The notes below the pieces were generated by a model that made no database searches, was not told the origin of the DNA, and saw only the letters and a list, made by a program, of their open reading frames with translations. The position numbers and the translations under genes were made by a program. From the NCBI GenBank assembly GCA_030539175.1, contig JAUNSN010000004.1, positions 1-53,342 of the forward strand: a stretch of 53,342 nt of DNA, written 5' to 3'. The stretch is from a bacterium. GTDB lineage: Bacteria > Bacillota_I > Bacilli_A > RF39 > UBA660. This document shows, piece by piece, positions 1-9,785 of this stretch. How positions within the stretch are numbered: the stretch's first letter is position 1; the number at the start of each line of letters is the position of its first letter.

Positions 1-120
1 CTAATGACTTATCCACAGTCTTTATTATTGAGTTAATCATATCACATAATTTATTATCAGGCAAGTATATTAGAAAATATTTTTATAAAACAAGAATAAA
101 AAATGTAAAAACAGAATCTT

Positions 121-927
121 TTATTTTTTTCTACAATTATTATACCCTTCAGCTCTATTAGAAAGTGCTAAACTATGAATACATTGTTTTAGTTTTTTTC
201 TTACAGTTTCTCGACTTACACCTAGTTCATTTGCCAATGACATTAAACTTCTTTCTTTAGAATCAATTAAGCCATATTTCTTTTCTACTAATTCTCTTTG
301 GTTAGGTGATAAAATATCTAATAACCATTTTATATCAACTCTTTTTTCAACAACTTCCTCAAAATCAAAATCATCTGATACACTACATAGTAATTGATCT
401 TCAATCATAGATTCCCAACTAATAGACATACAATACCAATTATTTAATTGACTAACTTTTTCTTCAGATATATTCAAACAAGATGATAATTCTTTAAATG
501 TTGGAACTCGATCTAATTTAGATGATAATTCATTGTAACATTTCCAATAACGATTCAATAACAAATACATATATTCAGGCATTCGTATATTACTTAATCT
601 TTTTAACATTTCTCTTATAATACCATTTTTTATACAAATACATGCATAAGTAGAAAATCTATTCCCTTTATCTACATCATAATATTCAATAGCTTTCATA
701 AGATAAATATTTCCATCTTCTATCATATCCAAACCATCTCTTTTATACATAGGAAAACGACTAGCAATTTTAATTACTAAACTTAGATTATTTAAAATAA
801 ACCAAGTCTTAGCATCAGAATCACCTTCTTTTATTCTAATTAATATTTCTTTTTCTTCTTCCTTACTTAACTTTACTCTTTTAGGAATTTGACTACTATA
901 AATATCATAAGCATTTAAATCATGCAT
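121..927 (-). CDS. RNA polymerase sigma factor, sigma-70 family (divergent, group-3-like)
   Basis: 268-aa ORF. Region-2-like 'DMIEDGNIYLMKAIEYYDVDKGNRFSTYACICIKNGIIREMLKR'. C-terminal region-4.2 HTH 'LSPNQRELVEKKYGL...LANELGVSRETVRKKLKQCIHSL'. GGAGG RBS upstream of the ATG. Confidence 0.75.
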   Translation of the reverse strand: MHDLNAYDIYSSQIPKRVKLSKEEEKEILIRIKEGDSDAKTWFILNNLSLVIKIASRFPMYKRDGLDMIEDGNIYLMKAIEYYDVDKGNRFSTYACICIKNGIIREMLKRLSNIRMPEYMYLLLNRYWKCYNELSSKLDRVPTFKELSSCLNISEEKVSQLNNWYCMSISWESMIEDQLLCSVSDDFDFEEVVEKRVDIKWLLDILSPNQRELVEKKYGLIDSKERSLMSLANELGVSRETVRKKLKQCIHSLALSNRAEGYNNCRKK

Positions 928-998
928 AATTATACCTCCAAAATCGGTTATTAATACTTTAATTCTAAAACTAAATTAAATAGAAACATATTTTCCTA

Positions 999-2174
999 TT
1001 ATAATTTATCATCACCATACTTTATAATATTATCACCAAACTTATCTTTAATATTATCAATAGTAGATTGTAAATTATCTTGTTTTAAAACACTTTCAAA
1101 GATAGATAGTTGAATAATTAAATTATCAGTAATTTCACCTAATCTAACACCAATAGATCTCACATCATTTCCATTCCATAGCTTTATAAATAACGAGGAT
1201 GCTACAGCATATATATCTATATCACTATTTATATTAGTACTAACTTTTTGTTGTTTACTTATAACAGTAAAGTCAGCATATTTTATGTTTACACCAACTA
1301 GACCACAATACATTTTTTGATGTCTTAAACGCATAGCTACATCATTTGATAACTCTCTTAATTTAGAAAGCAATTTTTCTTTATTATTATAGTCATAAGG
1401 TAATACAACAGAATTACTAATACTTTTTGGTTTGTCTCTTTGAGATTCAACTTCGCTATTATCAATTCCATTAGCATATTCCCACATCATCTGGCCTTGT
1501 TTCTTAAATATTTTAATTAAGTAGTTTACATCTTTATTAGCTAAATCATATATTTTATTAATACCAAGTTCTTTTAATTTAACACTAGTCCTTTTACCTA
1601 CCATAAATAAATCTTCAATATCTAAATTCCATAACTTCTCTTTTATTTCATAATCAAATAAAGTATGTACTTTGTCTGGTTTTAGAAAATCAGAAGCCAT
1701 TTTAGCACACAATTTATTGTTACCAATACCAACATTAACTGTAAATCCCATTGTATTTTTTATATAATTCTTTAACCGATAAGCAAATTTAACAACATCA
1801 CCATATAAATTAACAAAACCACTATAATCTATAAAACATTCATCTATTGAATATCTTTCTACTAAGTCAAAATGTTGACAAAAAAAGTTATATAACATAT
1901 CAGAATATTTTTTATATACAGCATAATTAGGTGGATAAACTTCTAAACAACGACATTTTTTCCGCGCTACAAACAAGCTATCAGCAGTTTTTATCCCCAA
2001 TTTTTTACATTTATCACTTTTAGCTAGAACAATACCTCTTCTTTCTTTTTCTTCTCCTGCTATTACTGAATAAGTATTTCTAATATCCTTTTTAAAGCCA
2101 TTATTCAACATTTCTGTAGCACTCCAAGATAAAAAGGCATTATTTACATCAACATGCAATATCAATCTTTCCAT
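999..2174 (-). CDS. Y-family (translesion) DNA polymerase, DinB/UmuC-like
   Basis: 391-aa ORF. N-terminal 'ILHVDVNNAFLSWSA' and 'SIDECFIDYSG' match the catalytic acidic motifs of Y-family polymerases. GGAGG RBS before the ATG. Confidence 0.85.
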   Translation of the reverse strand: MERLILHVDVNNAFLSWSATEMLNNGFKKDIRNTYSVIAGEEKERRGIVLAKSDKCKKLGIKTADSLFVARKKCRCLEVYPPNYAVYKKYSDMLYNFFCQHFDLVERYSIDECFIDYSGFVNLYGDVVKFAYRLKNYIKNTMGFTVNVGIGNNKLCAKMASDFLKPDKVHTLFDYEIKEKLWNLDIEDLFMVGKRTSVKLKELGINKIYDLANKDVNYLIKIFKKQGQMMWEYANGIDNSEVESQRDKPKSISNSVVLPYDYNNKEKLLSKLRELSNDVAMRLRHQKMYCGLVGVNIKYADFTVISKQQKVSTNINSDIDIYAVASSLFIKLWNGNDVRSIGVRLGEITDNLIIQLSIFESVLKQDNLQSTIDNIKDKFGDNIIKYGDDKL

Positions 2175-2186
2175 TTAACCTCCTTG

Positions 2187-2200
2187 CAAACTATAGTTCG
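2187..2200 (-). promoter_or_regulatory. Candidate LexA (Cheo/SOS) box CGAACTATAGTTTG upstream of the Y-family polymerase
   Basis: The minus strand reads CGAAC-TATA-GTTTG about 12 nt upstream of the polymerase RBS. The Bacillus consensus is CGAAC-N4-GTTCG, so there is one mismatch. Confidence 0.55.
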
Positions 2201-2213
2201 CATGTTTTGTTTT

Positions 2214-2244
2214 AAAAATATCATAATTAAATTATGATATTTTT
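2214..2244. repeat. 31-bp perfect palindrome (15-bp arms AAAAATATCATAATT / AATTATGATATTTTT, 1-nt centre)
   Basis: Read directly. It lies between the stop of the 86-aa ORF and the LexA-like box. It is entirely A/T apart from one C/G pair per arm. Confidence 0.6.
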
Positions 2245-2249
2245 ATATT

Positions 2250-2510
2250 CTATAACAAAGCATCTTTAAATAATTGAAGTACGGCAGTATATTCAGCTTG
2301 ATCTTCTATATCTAAAAGATAAACATCTCCATCAACTATAATTTCTTTAGCAATTAAATAAGTATCTTTAACATTTTCTTCAGCATCCACTTCAATTAAA
2401 TAACAATATCTACTATTATTATAATTAACTATTTCCGTAATAACATAAGATTTATTATCATTTAAATCAACTATTTGTCCAACAGCTATTACTATAGCAT
2501 CTTTTTCCAC
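2250..2510 (-). CDS. Small acidic protein, DUF1292-like (tentative)
   Basis: 86-aa ORF. The GTG start overlaps the upstream TAG stop (TAGTG), which suggests translational coupling. The pattern 'Y.V.E...N..YCYLIEVD....D.YL......DG.V.L..IED..E...V..LF' resembles the DUF1292 family by eye. Confidence 0.5.
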   Translation of the reverse strand: MEKDAIVIAVGQIVDLNDNKSYVITEIVNYNNSRYCYLIEVDAEENVKDTYLIAKEIIVDGDVYLLDIEDQAEYTAVLQLFKDALL

Positions 2511-4192
2511 TAACGTCCCCTTCTTTCACTCTTGCTTTGACTATCATTAGAACTTTTTCTGCCCTTACTATTACCCAGCAAATGCAATACACCTGCTTTA
2601 ATAGCCTTTGCAACAGTAGTTAGTTTCTTAGGTTTTTTTGACTTCAATACTTGCTTAACTTTTTTATCTATAATTTTATCATCTTTTGGTTTTTCTGAAG
2701 AAAAACTTGCTGATTCATTAGATTGAAAATGCGAATTTTTTTCTTTTTCTTCTATATTTTTTGAAAAGTTTCTAAAACGCAACTTATAGCCACATTTTTT
2801 AGCTCCATTCCATAAATAAGAAGGCAAGGAAGATAATACCTCGGAAAAATTATTTTGAGGTGTTTTAATACGAGTACCTATCTTTACATCAGGTAAATAA
2901 AAGTGGTCATTGGTAAGTTTTTCAAATTTTTCTTGCCATTTAACAAACTTTTCTGCTTCTTCACGAGAATTAATACTAATTTTATTATTTTCCGTTACAA
3001 ATTGTATCTCATTAAATTCCTTAATAACATTTTCAATCGTAACAACATTTTCAACATCTTTTAAATAATCAAAGATAATCCACTTCATATCTTCAGATGG
3101 CAAAGGAAAATCAATTATTGTTAATTCTGATATTTTCTTATCTTCTTTAAATTTCTTTGAAGTAAGCGAAAATTGATTTTTAACAACATCATCTAACAAA
3201 CTTACATAATTTATTTTTTCAATTGCTGCTTTTTCTTCATCTGTAGATTTCTCACTATTAGCATAATTAGCAATAGCTTGAGAAACAGTCACCTTTGAAA
3301 GATCTTTTTCATCAACAGATTTTAACTGATAACTTAAAATATTTTCAACTAAATTCGCCGTTGGATTAACTACTTCATCACCAAAAGATAATTTACCATA
3401 GGCAGACATAAAATCCATAATACTATGGAGCCAATCTAAAACACTTTCAACCTCAGCTTTATTTATGTTTTCTTTTCCATCTTTTACCGATTCAACACGA
3501 TTATAAAAATCTAAAAATTCTTCATAAATAGAATCTTTTGTAAAGTTTAGTTCTTTACAACACACTTGATTAATATTTGAATACCACTTACGTTCATCAG
3601 GTGTAATTTCTAACATTGAACTATCTTCACCTTTAGTAGAACTTTCATGCAAAAGTTTAAAAGCCTTATTAAAATCTCCAAGTTCAACCAACAATTTGTC
3701 AGCTTCACTCTGTGACAACATCTGACCATCCATATTTACTGGAGCATCATCAGACAAACTAGTTTCAGAATTAACTTCAGCTTTTATCTGATAAATCGAC
3801 TGTTTAGCATCATCTATTTTATAAATAGTAGAATCCAATAAGTCACGTATATATTCTTTATTTTTTTTACTAATACCAGTTCCTAATTGATTAATGTTTT
3901 CATAATACACATTTAACTCATTTTCTAATTTTTTTAAAAAAGCATCAACTTGTTTTCCTATCCTTTTAATATTACTATTATCATAATTTGAATTTTTTAA
4001 ATCAGAAATAAACTTATCATAATTAGTAATAGAACCTCGCATTTGCTCGGCAAATTCTTTAACTGATGGATCATTACTTTCTAGCAATACTTCTATATTG
4101 TCCATATCTATATTAGATAAAATTTCCAACATAGAATTTACAAAATAAGTAAAATTTGCAACTTCTATGTCTTTTTTCGAATCATACATCAC
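2510..4192 (-). CDS. Hypothetical 560-aa protein, predicted helical, with a K/R/S-rich basic C-terminal tail
   Basis: Long ORF with an RBS (AAAGGAGGAATTGTG-ATG). It is N/K/E-rich and I recognise no catalytic motif. The C-terminus is 'KKPKKLTTVAKAIKAG...GRKSSNDSQSKSERRGR'. Confidence 0.6.
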   Translation of the reverse strand: MMYDSKKDIEVANFTYFVNSMLEILSNIDMDNIEVLLESNDPSVKEFAEQMRGSITNYDKFISDLKNSNYDNSNIKRIGKQVDAFLKKLENELNVYYENINQLGTGISKKNKEYIRDLLDSTIYKIDDAKQSIYQIKAEVNSETSLSDDAPVNMDGQMLSQSEADKLLVELGDFNKAFKLLHESSTKGEDSSMLEITPDERKWYSNINQVCCKELNFTKDSIYEEFLDFYNRVESVKDGKENINKAEVESVLDWLHSIMDFMSAYGKLSFGDEVVNPTANLVENILSYQLKSVDEKDLSKVTVSQAIANYANSEKSTDEEKAAIEKINYVSLLDDVVKNQFSLTSKKFKEDKKISELTIIDFPLPSEDMKWIIFDYLKDVENVVTIENVIKEFNEIQFVTENNKISINSREEAEKFVKWQEKFEKLTNDHFYLPDVKIGTRIKTPQNNFSEVLSSLPSYLWNGAKKCGYKLRFRNFSKNIEEKEKNSHFQSNESASFSSEKPKDDKIIDKKVKQVLKSKKPKKLTTVAKAIKAGVLHLLGNSKGRKSSNDSQSKSERRGR

Positions 4193-4321
4193 AATTCCTC
4201 CTTTAAATGACTACATTATACAACAAAAACGGCTAAAATGCAAATTTTATATGACAATCGCATACAAAATAAACTATTTAACTTACATTTCAAGAAAAGA
4301 AAAAAGAAGTAGAATCACTTC

Positions 4322-5008
4322 CTAATTTCTATCACGTGCCATCAAAAACAAACGTAATAATTCTAATAACGTTGAAGCAAGAGATGCAACATAAGTAGAT
4401 GCGGCAGCATTTAACATACTTTTACAACCTAATGATTCACTTTCATCAAGTATCTTTAAACTATCTAAGTTTTCTTTTGCTTTATTAGAAGCATTAAATT
4501 CAACTGGTAATGTAATAAGTTGAAACACTAACATAGCAACTAACAAACCAATACCAACATAAACTAAATCTAACATACTAAAAATAAAGCCAATTACTAC
4601 AACAATATAACCTATTTTAGAACAAAAGTTAACAACTGGAACAATTAAAGAACGTATTTTCATAAAGCCATAACCTTCTTTATCTTGTATAGCATGCCCA
4701 ACTTCATGAGCTGCAACAGCATTAGATGCTATAGTAGTTCCATTAAATATCTCAGTAGATAATTTAATAACTTTTCTCGTTGGATCATAATGATCAGTTA
4801 AGTTACCTTTTGTTTCTACAACATGTACATCTTTTAAACCGTTTTTATCTAATATCATTCTCGCTACTTCAAAGCCTGTTAAACCTTTTTTTGTTTTAAT
4901 AGTTTTATATTTTTTATAACTAGACATTACATATAACTGAGCTATCATAGTTATAAAAAAGGCCAATAATGATAATATTATACTAGTCCATGACATATAT
5001 CCATACAT
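4322..5008 (-). CDS. Membrane zinc metallopeptidase (Zn_peptidase_2 / YugP-like)
   Basis: 228 aa. N-terminal TM segment, 'LTDHYDP', an HExxH motif 'AAHEVGHAIQ', and C-terminal TM segments. Confidence 0.85.
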   Translation of the reverse strand: MYGYMSWTSIILSLLAFFITMIAQLYVMSSYKKYKTIKTKKGLTGFEVARMILDKNGLKDVHVVETKGNLTDHYDPTRKVIKLSTEIFNGTTIASNAVAAHEVGHAIQDKEGYGFMKIRSLIVPVVNFCSKIGYIVVVIGFIFSMLDLVYVGIGLLVAMLVFQLITLPVEFNASNKAKENLDSLKILDESESLGCKSMLNAAASTYVASLASTLLELLRLFLMARDRN

Positions 5009-5011
5009 TTG

Positions 5012-6451
5012 TTATACCTCCTTTAAATAATCTTTTAATCGATCAATAACTTTATCTTTACCAAGTAAATACAAAGTTTCAACCAATTCTGGTCCATGCA
5101 TTAAACCACTAGCAACTACTCTAATAGGCATATAAAGCATTTTACCTTTTATACCATTATTTATTTTTATATCATTTATCATTTTATTAATACTTTCAAT
5201 AGAAAAATCAGACATATCAATAATATAATTATAATAAACACTTAATACTTTTTTTACTTCATTATCTTGTAAAAATTTTAAACATTCATCATTATATACT
5301 ACATTCTTTTCAAAAAACAAAGATGAAAGTTTAACAATTTCTTTACCATACTTTAATTCTAGTTGATATAACTTAATTAATCTATCGAGCCATATTTCAT
5401 CTATATTAGAAATATCATAAGCATTAGATAAATGTTTTATAGTTAAATCTCTTAATTCATTTATTTGTAATTTTTTTATATAATGAGCATTAACCCATTG
5501 TAACTTCTTTACATCATATGTTGCTGGGGCTTTGCTTATTCTTTTAACATCAAATACATCTATAAGCTCATCCATAGTAAATATTTCTTTATTATCAGCA
5601 CTAGACCATCCTAATAGCGCCAAATAATTAACTATTGCCTCTGATAAGTAGCCCTCATTATATAAATCCATAAAAGAAGCATCACCATTTCTTTTGCTTA
5701 ATTTTTGACCATCTTCTCCTAATACCAATGGTAAATGAATATATTTCGGGCGAGGAAAGCCAAAGGCATCATACAATAAATTATATTTTGCTGTAGACAT
5801 TAAATATTCATTACCTCTAACCACTGTCGTAATACCCATTAAATGATCATCAATTACATTAGCAAAATTATAAGTAGGATAACCATCAGACTTTAACAAA
5901 ATTTGATCTTCTAAGACTCTATTTTCTACTTCTATCTTACCATATACTAAATCTTCATATACAGATATACCATCTTTTTTAATTTTTTGCCTAATAACAT
6001 ATTTATCACCTCTAGCAAGACGCATCTTTATCTCTTCTTCGCTTAACTTAAAACATCTACCATCATAAATAAAAGCTGAAGAATTATTACGCGAAGCCTC
6101 TCTTTGTTCCTCTAATTCAGCTTCACTACAAAAGCAATAATACGCCTCTTTTTTAGCAACTAAATCAATCGCATACTTTCGATATATATCAAGTCTTTCA
6201 CTTTGAATATAAGGGCCGACCACTCCTGGTTGTTTAAAAGATTCATCAACAGTCATTGAACACAAATCTAATGTTTTAAAAATTAAATCTACTGCCTTTT
6301 CAACTTTTCTTGCAACATCTGTATCTTCAATTCTAACAATAAAATCTCCCTTATTATGTTTACAATATAAATAACCAAAAATAGCAGTTCGTAAATTACC
6401 TATATGCATAAATCCAGTCGGACTTGGTGCAAATCGCATTCTTTCTTTCAT
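5012..6451 (-). CDS. gltX: Glutamate--tRNA ligase
   Basis: 479 aa. Class-I HIGH region 'RFAPSPTGFMHIGNLRTA' and KMSKS-type 'KLSKR'. Confidence 0.95.
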   Translation of the reverse strand: MKERMRFAPSPTGFMHIGNLRTAIFGYLYCKHNKGDFIVRIEDTDVARKVEKAVDLIFKTLDLCSMTVDESFKQPGVVGPYIQSERLDIYRKYAIDLVAKKEAYYCFCSEAELEEQREASRNNSSAFIYDGRCFKLSEEEIKMRLARGDKYVIRQKIKKDGISVYEDLVYGKIEVENRVLEDQILLKSDGYPTYNFANVIDDHLMGITTVVRGNEYLMSTAKYNLLYDAFGFPRPKYIHLPLVLGEDGQKLSKRNGDASFMDLYNEGYLSEAIVNYLALLGWSSADNKEIFTMDELIDVFDVKRISKAPATYDVKKLQWVNAHYIKKLQINELRDLTIKHLSNAYDISNIDEIWLDRLIKLYQLELKYGKEIVKLSSLFFEKNVVYNDECLKFLQDNEVKKVLSVYYNYIIDMSDFSIESINKMINDIKINNGIKGKMLYMPIRVVASGLMHGPELVETLYLLGKDKVIDRLKDYLKEV

Positions 6452-6533
6452 TTATAACCATCTCCTCATGTACTTGGTTAATAACATTCTACCACAAAAT
6501 TATAAAAAAAAAAAGGAAAATATCTTTCCAATT

Positions 6534-6752
6534 TTACTTACTACTAGCAACTACTGCAGTAGCTTTTACGTTGACAGCTTGTAAACCTTTAGGAGTTTCA
6601 ATCAAATCAAAACTTACTAATTGTCCTTCAGACAAAGTTTTATAACCATCTTGACGTATTGCTGAATAATGAACAAAAATATCTTCACCTGTTGAATAAT
6701 CGATAAAGCCATAACCTTTTTCATTATTAAACCATTTTACTTTACCATTCAT
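6534..6752 (-). CDS. Cold-shock protein (CspA family)
   Basis: '[17 protein letters not shown]' RNP-1 motif and 'VHYS' RNP-2-like motif. The start was moved to the internal ATG, which is preceded by a GGTGAGGTG RBS. The ORF-track start at 6764 has no RBS. Confidence 0.9.
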   Translation of the reverse strand: MNGKVKWFNNEKGYGFIDYSTGEDIFVHYSAIRQDGYKTLSEGQLVSFDLIETPKGLQAVNVKATAVVASSK

Positions 6753-6940
6753 TTCACACCTCACCTTCCTATACTTCCTACAATTAAATTATAGTAAAAA
6801 ATAGTAGATAACACAAGATTAAACAAATAGACAAAATACTACAATAATTCCCACAACAAGATACATTTTACTAAAAAGAATAATAAAAGATTTTAAAAAA
6901 ATATAAAAGTAATAAAAAATGCTATTAAAGAAAAACAGGT

Positions 6941-7816
6941 TTAATAACCCATTTTCATAATATCTAATATTCTATTTAAATCAGCATTATTTTCAAAATA
7001 TATTAACATCTTTTTATTATTAATTCTAACTTTAGTACCAAGTGTTTCTGATAACGAATTTTCTAAATAGCTATACTCATTACTTTTTTCTTTTCTTGGC
7101 ATAGGAATCTTTTTCTTAACATCCTCAGATGTAGATATCCTTTCTAATTCTCTAACACTTAAGTTATTATCAATAACTAACTTAGCCATTTCTTCAATCT
7201 TTTTATCTTCATCAATCTTACTCAATACTCGCGCATGTCCCATAGATAATTCGTTGCCTAAAACCATATTTTGAACCTTATCAGGCAATCTAAGCAAACC
7301 TAAAGTATTAGTAACATGACTTCTACTTTTACCTAATTTAACAGCCAAATCCTCTTGTCTTATATGTAAGCTATCAATTATTCCCTTATAAGCCCAAGCA
7401 AGTTCAATAGATGACAAATTCTCTCTTTGAATATTTTCCAACAAAGCAATTTCACGCATTTCATCATCAGTAAAATCTCTTACTATGGCTGGAATAGTCG
7501 TTAAACCAGCTAATTTAGAAGCTTTAACACGTCTTTCACCAGCAACTATATAATAACCCTTTACATTCTTTTTAACAATAATAGGTTGAAAAACACCATA
7601 ACTCTTAATAGATTCAGCTAATTCATTTAAAGCATCCATATCAAAGTTTTTTCGTGGTTGATAAGGATTACTCATAACCTCAGATAATTTTATTTCTTTA
7701 ATATCTTTTTCAGTAGCAGATTCAACAATATTAGTTTCAAAAGCATCAAAATCTAAACCATCATTACCAAATAATTGCTCTAACCCTCTACCTAACGCTT
7801 TCTTTTTTTGTTCCAT
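6941..7816 (-). CDS. parB: Chromosome partitioning protein ParB/Spo0J
   Basis: 291 aa. 'ALGRGLEQLF', 'NPYQPR', the 'IVAGERRVKAS' arginine patch, and the HTH 'GKSRSHVTNTLGLLRLP'. Confidence 0.92.
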   Translation of the reverse strand: MEQKKKALGRGLEQLFGNDGLDFDAFETNIVESATEKDIKEIKLSEVMSNPYQPRKNFDMDALNELAESIKSYGVFQPIIVKKNVKGYYIVAGERRVKASKLAGLTTIPAIVRDFTDDEMREIALLENIQRENLSSIELAWAYKGIIDSLHIRQEDLAVKLGKSRSHVTNTLGLLRLPDKVQNMVLGNELSMGHARVLSKIDEDKKIEEMAKLVIDNNLSVRELERISTSEDVKKKIPMPRKEKSNEYSYLENSLSETLGTKVRINNKKMLIYFENNADLNRILDIMKMGY

Positions 7817-8603
7817 TTCTCTTAATAACCTCCTTAGCTAAATTAAAGTATGCCAAAGTTCCCTTACATGTTGGATCATAAGCAATAATAGGCTTTCCGT
7901 GAGAAGGAGCCTCAGATAATCTCACCATTCTCGGGATAATAGTATCGTATACTCTTTCTTTAAAAAAACTTCTAATATTCTCTACAACTTCAAATCCTAA
8001 ATTAGTTCTTGAATCAAGCATTGTTAATAAAACACCTTCAATATCTAATTCTGGATTCAACTTCTTTTGAGCTAACATTATAGAGTTTATTAGTTGCATT
8101 ATTCCCTCTAAAGCAAAAAATTCACATTGTACTGGTATTATAACAGAATCACTAGCAGTTAAAGCATTAGTAGTCAAAATACCTAAAGACGGAGGACAAT
8201 CAATTATTATAAAGTCATAATTATCCTTAATAGAAGATAACGCTACCTTTAGTTGAATAGTTTTATCAAACTTTTCACCATTAGTTTTAGCTTCTCTTTC
8301 TTTATCTAACAATTCAATATCTAAACCAGCTAAATTAATATATGCAGGTATTACATCTAAATTATTAAACTTAGTTTTCATTATTGACTTATTAATTACC
8401 TCTTTACCAGCTAACACTTCATATATACTTATCTTTATATCTCCTTTATTAATACCCACTCCAGTAGTCGCATTACCTTGAGGATCTAAGTCAATTAGCA
8501 ATACTTTCTTCTTTAAAACACCTAATGAAGCAGCTAAATTAATACTAGTAGTTGTCTTACCTACACCACCTTTTTGATTAACCATTGCTATAACTTTTCC
8601 CAT
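7788..8603 (-). CDS. parA: Chromosome partitioning ATPase ParA/Soj
   Basis: 271 aa. Deviant Walker A 'NQKGGVGKTTTSINLA' and 'IIIDCPPSLG'. It overlaps the parB start. Confidence 0.93.
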   Translation of the reverse strand: MGKVIAMVNQKGGVGKTTTSINLAASLGVLKKKVLLIDLDPQGNATTGVGINKGDIKISIYEVLAGKEVINKSIMKTKFNNLDVIPAYINLAGLDIELLDKEREAKTNGEKFDKTIQLKVALSSIKDNYDFIIIDCPPSLGILTTNALTASDSVIIPVQCEFFALEGIMQLINSIMLAQKKLNPELDIEGVLLTMLDSRTNLGFEVVENIRSFFKERVYDTIIPRMVRLSEAPSHGKPIIAYDPTCKGTLAYFNLAKEVIKRNGTKKESVR

Positions 8604-8877
8604 TTATACCACCTCTATCACAATAACAATTGTAACAAACATTTATCAATTAAGCAATAGCAATTTTATTATTTATTTTAAAATAAAAAGAGTAATATTT
8701 CCCCATTAATAAATGATGTATTTCTCTTCTTTTATATTATCATTACTTAAAAAAAGTAAACTTTTTTATTTATATAAATAACAACTAAATAATAACTTAT
8801 TAATACAATGGATATCTTTTATTTATTATTGATAATATTAAATAACTTTGATAAAATAGGTAAACAAGGAGGGCATA

Positions 8878-9747
8878 ATGAATAAAAAAATAGCAATATT
8901 TACTGACCCACATGCATTATATGAACCAACTTTAGCAGTTTTAAATGACATGGAAGCAAAACATATTAAGGAAATATATTGTTTAGGAGATACTATAACT
9001 GTTGGGCCATCACCAAAAGAAACAATAGAATTGTTACAAGAATATAATGTTATATTAATTGCTGGGAATTCTGAAGAATATTATAAAATAGGTTTAAAAC
9101 CATATAGTTTATATTTTAATGAAGATAAAATAAGAAGTTATTTATGGAGTATAAGTCAATTAGATAGAAGAAATTTACAATACATTGAAGATACAGAATC
9201 ATCTATCGATGTAGCACTTGGTAATAAAGCAATTGGCTTGTGTCATTTTGCCAATGATATAAGATTTGATTTTGGGAAAGACCGATCTGTATTTGAATAT
9301 ATTCGTAAACAAATACTTGGTATGCCTAACTCATATCAACAATTTTTACAAACTAATAGTAAAGAACAATTAAAAAAAATGAGGAAAATACTAAAATTGT
9401 ATCAATGTGATAAATATTTAAGAGGATATAGTAGCGCTTTAGCTAAACCACTATTTGCTGGAAAACAAATATATGAATATGATACAATTATTCAAGGTCA
9501 TACACATTTTAAGTTTTATGATAAAACTCCAACTACTAATATTTATACAATAAGAGCAGTTGGTATGGGATATGGGCAAGATAATATAAATAAAGCCTCC
9601 TATATAATTTTAACAGAATTATCTAACGGATTTAACTATGAAGAAATATTAGTTGAATACGACCGAGAACAAATGATATATAACATATTAAATAGTTCTA
9701 TTCCAAGCAATAAACCAGCTAAAATATTTACTAGAACAAAAATATAA
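8878..9747 (+). CDS. Metallophosphoesterase (calcineurin-like)
   Basis: 289 aa. 'FTDPHA', 'CLGD', 'AGNSE' and 'QGHTH' metal-ligand motifs. AAGGAGGG RBS. Confidence 0.7.
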   Translation: MNKKIAIFTDPHALYEPTLAVLNDMEAKHIKEIYCLGDTITVGPSPKETIELLQEYNVILIAGNSEEYYKIGLKPYSLYFNEDKIRSYLWSISQLDRRNLQYIEDTESSIDVALGNKAIGLCHFANDIRFDFGKDRSVFEYIRKQILGMPNSYQQFLQTNSKEQLKKMRKILKLYQCDKYLRGYSSALAKPLFAGKQIYEYDTIIQGHTHFKFYDKTPTTNIYTIRAVGMGYGQDNINKASYIILTELSNGFNYEEILVEYDREQMIYNILNSSIPSNKPAKIFTRTKI

Positions 9748-9785
9748 ACAATAGTATAATACGTACTATTAGAAAGGAAAAAGTA

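Noticed and set aside
9-17. Isolated DnaA-box matches: TTATCCACA at 9-17, and ATATCCACA at 30317-30325 next to the gyrA terminator
   Set aside because: Single 9-mers are expected by chance or as DnaA titration or regulatory sites. Without clustering they are not evidence for an additional origin element.
6424-6645. 73-aa plus-strand ORF and the 9636-9887 / 11086-11316 / 42826-43047 / 43542-43724 / 48558-48746 short ORFs
   Set aside because: Each overlaps the ends of well-supported genes on the opposite strand (gltX/csp, phosphoesterase/tilS, tilS/ftsH, yidC/jag, jag/mnmE, rplI/dnaB). None has a convincing RBS.
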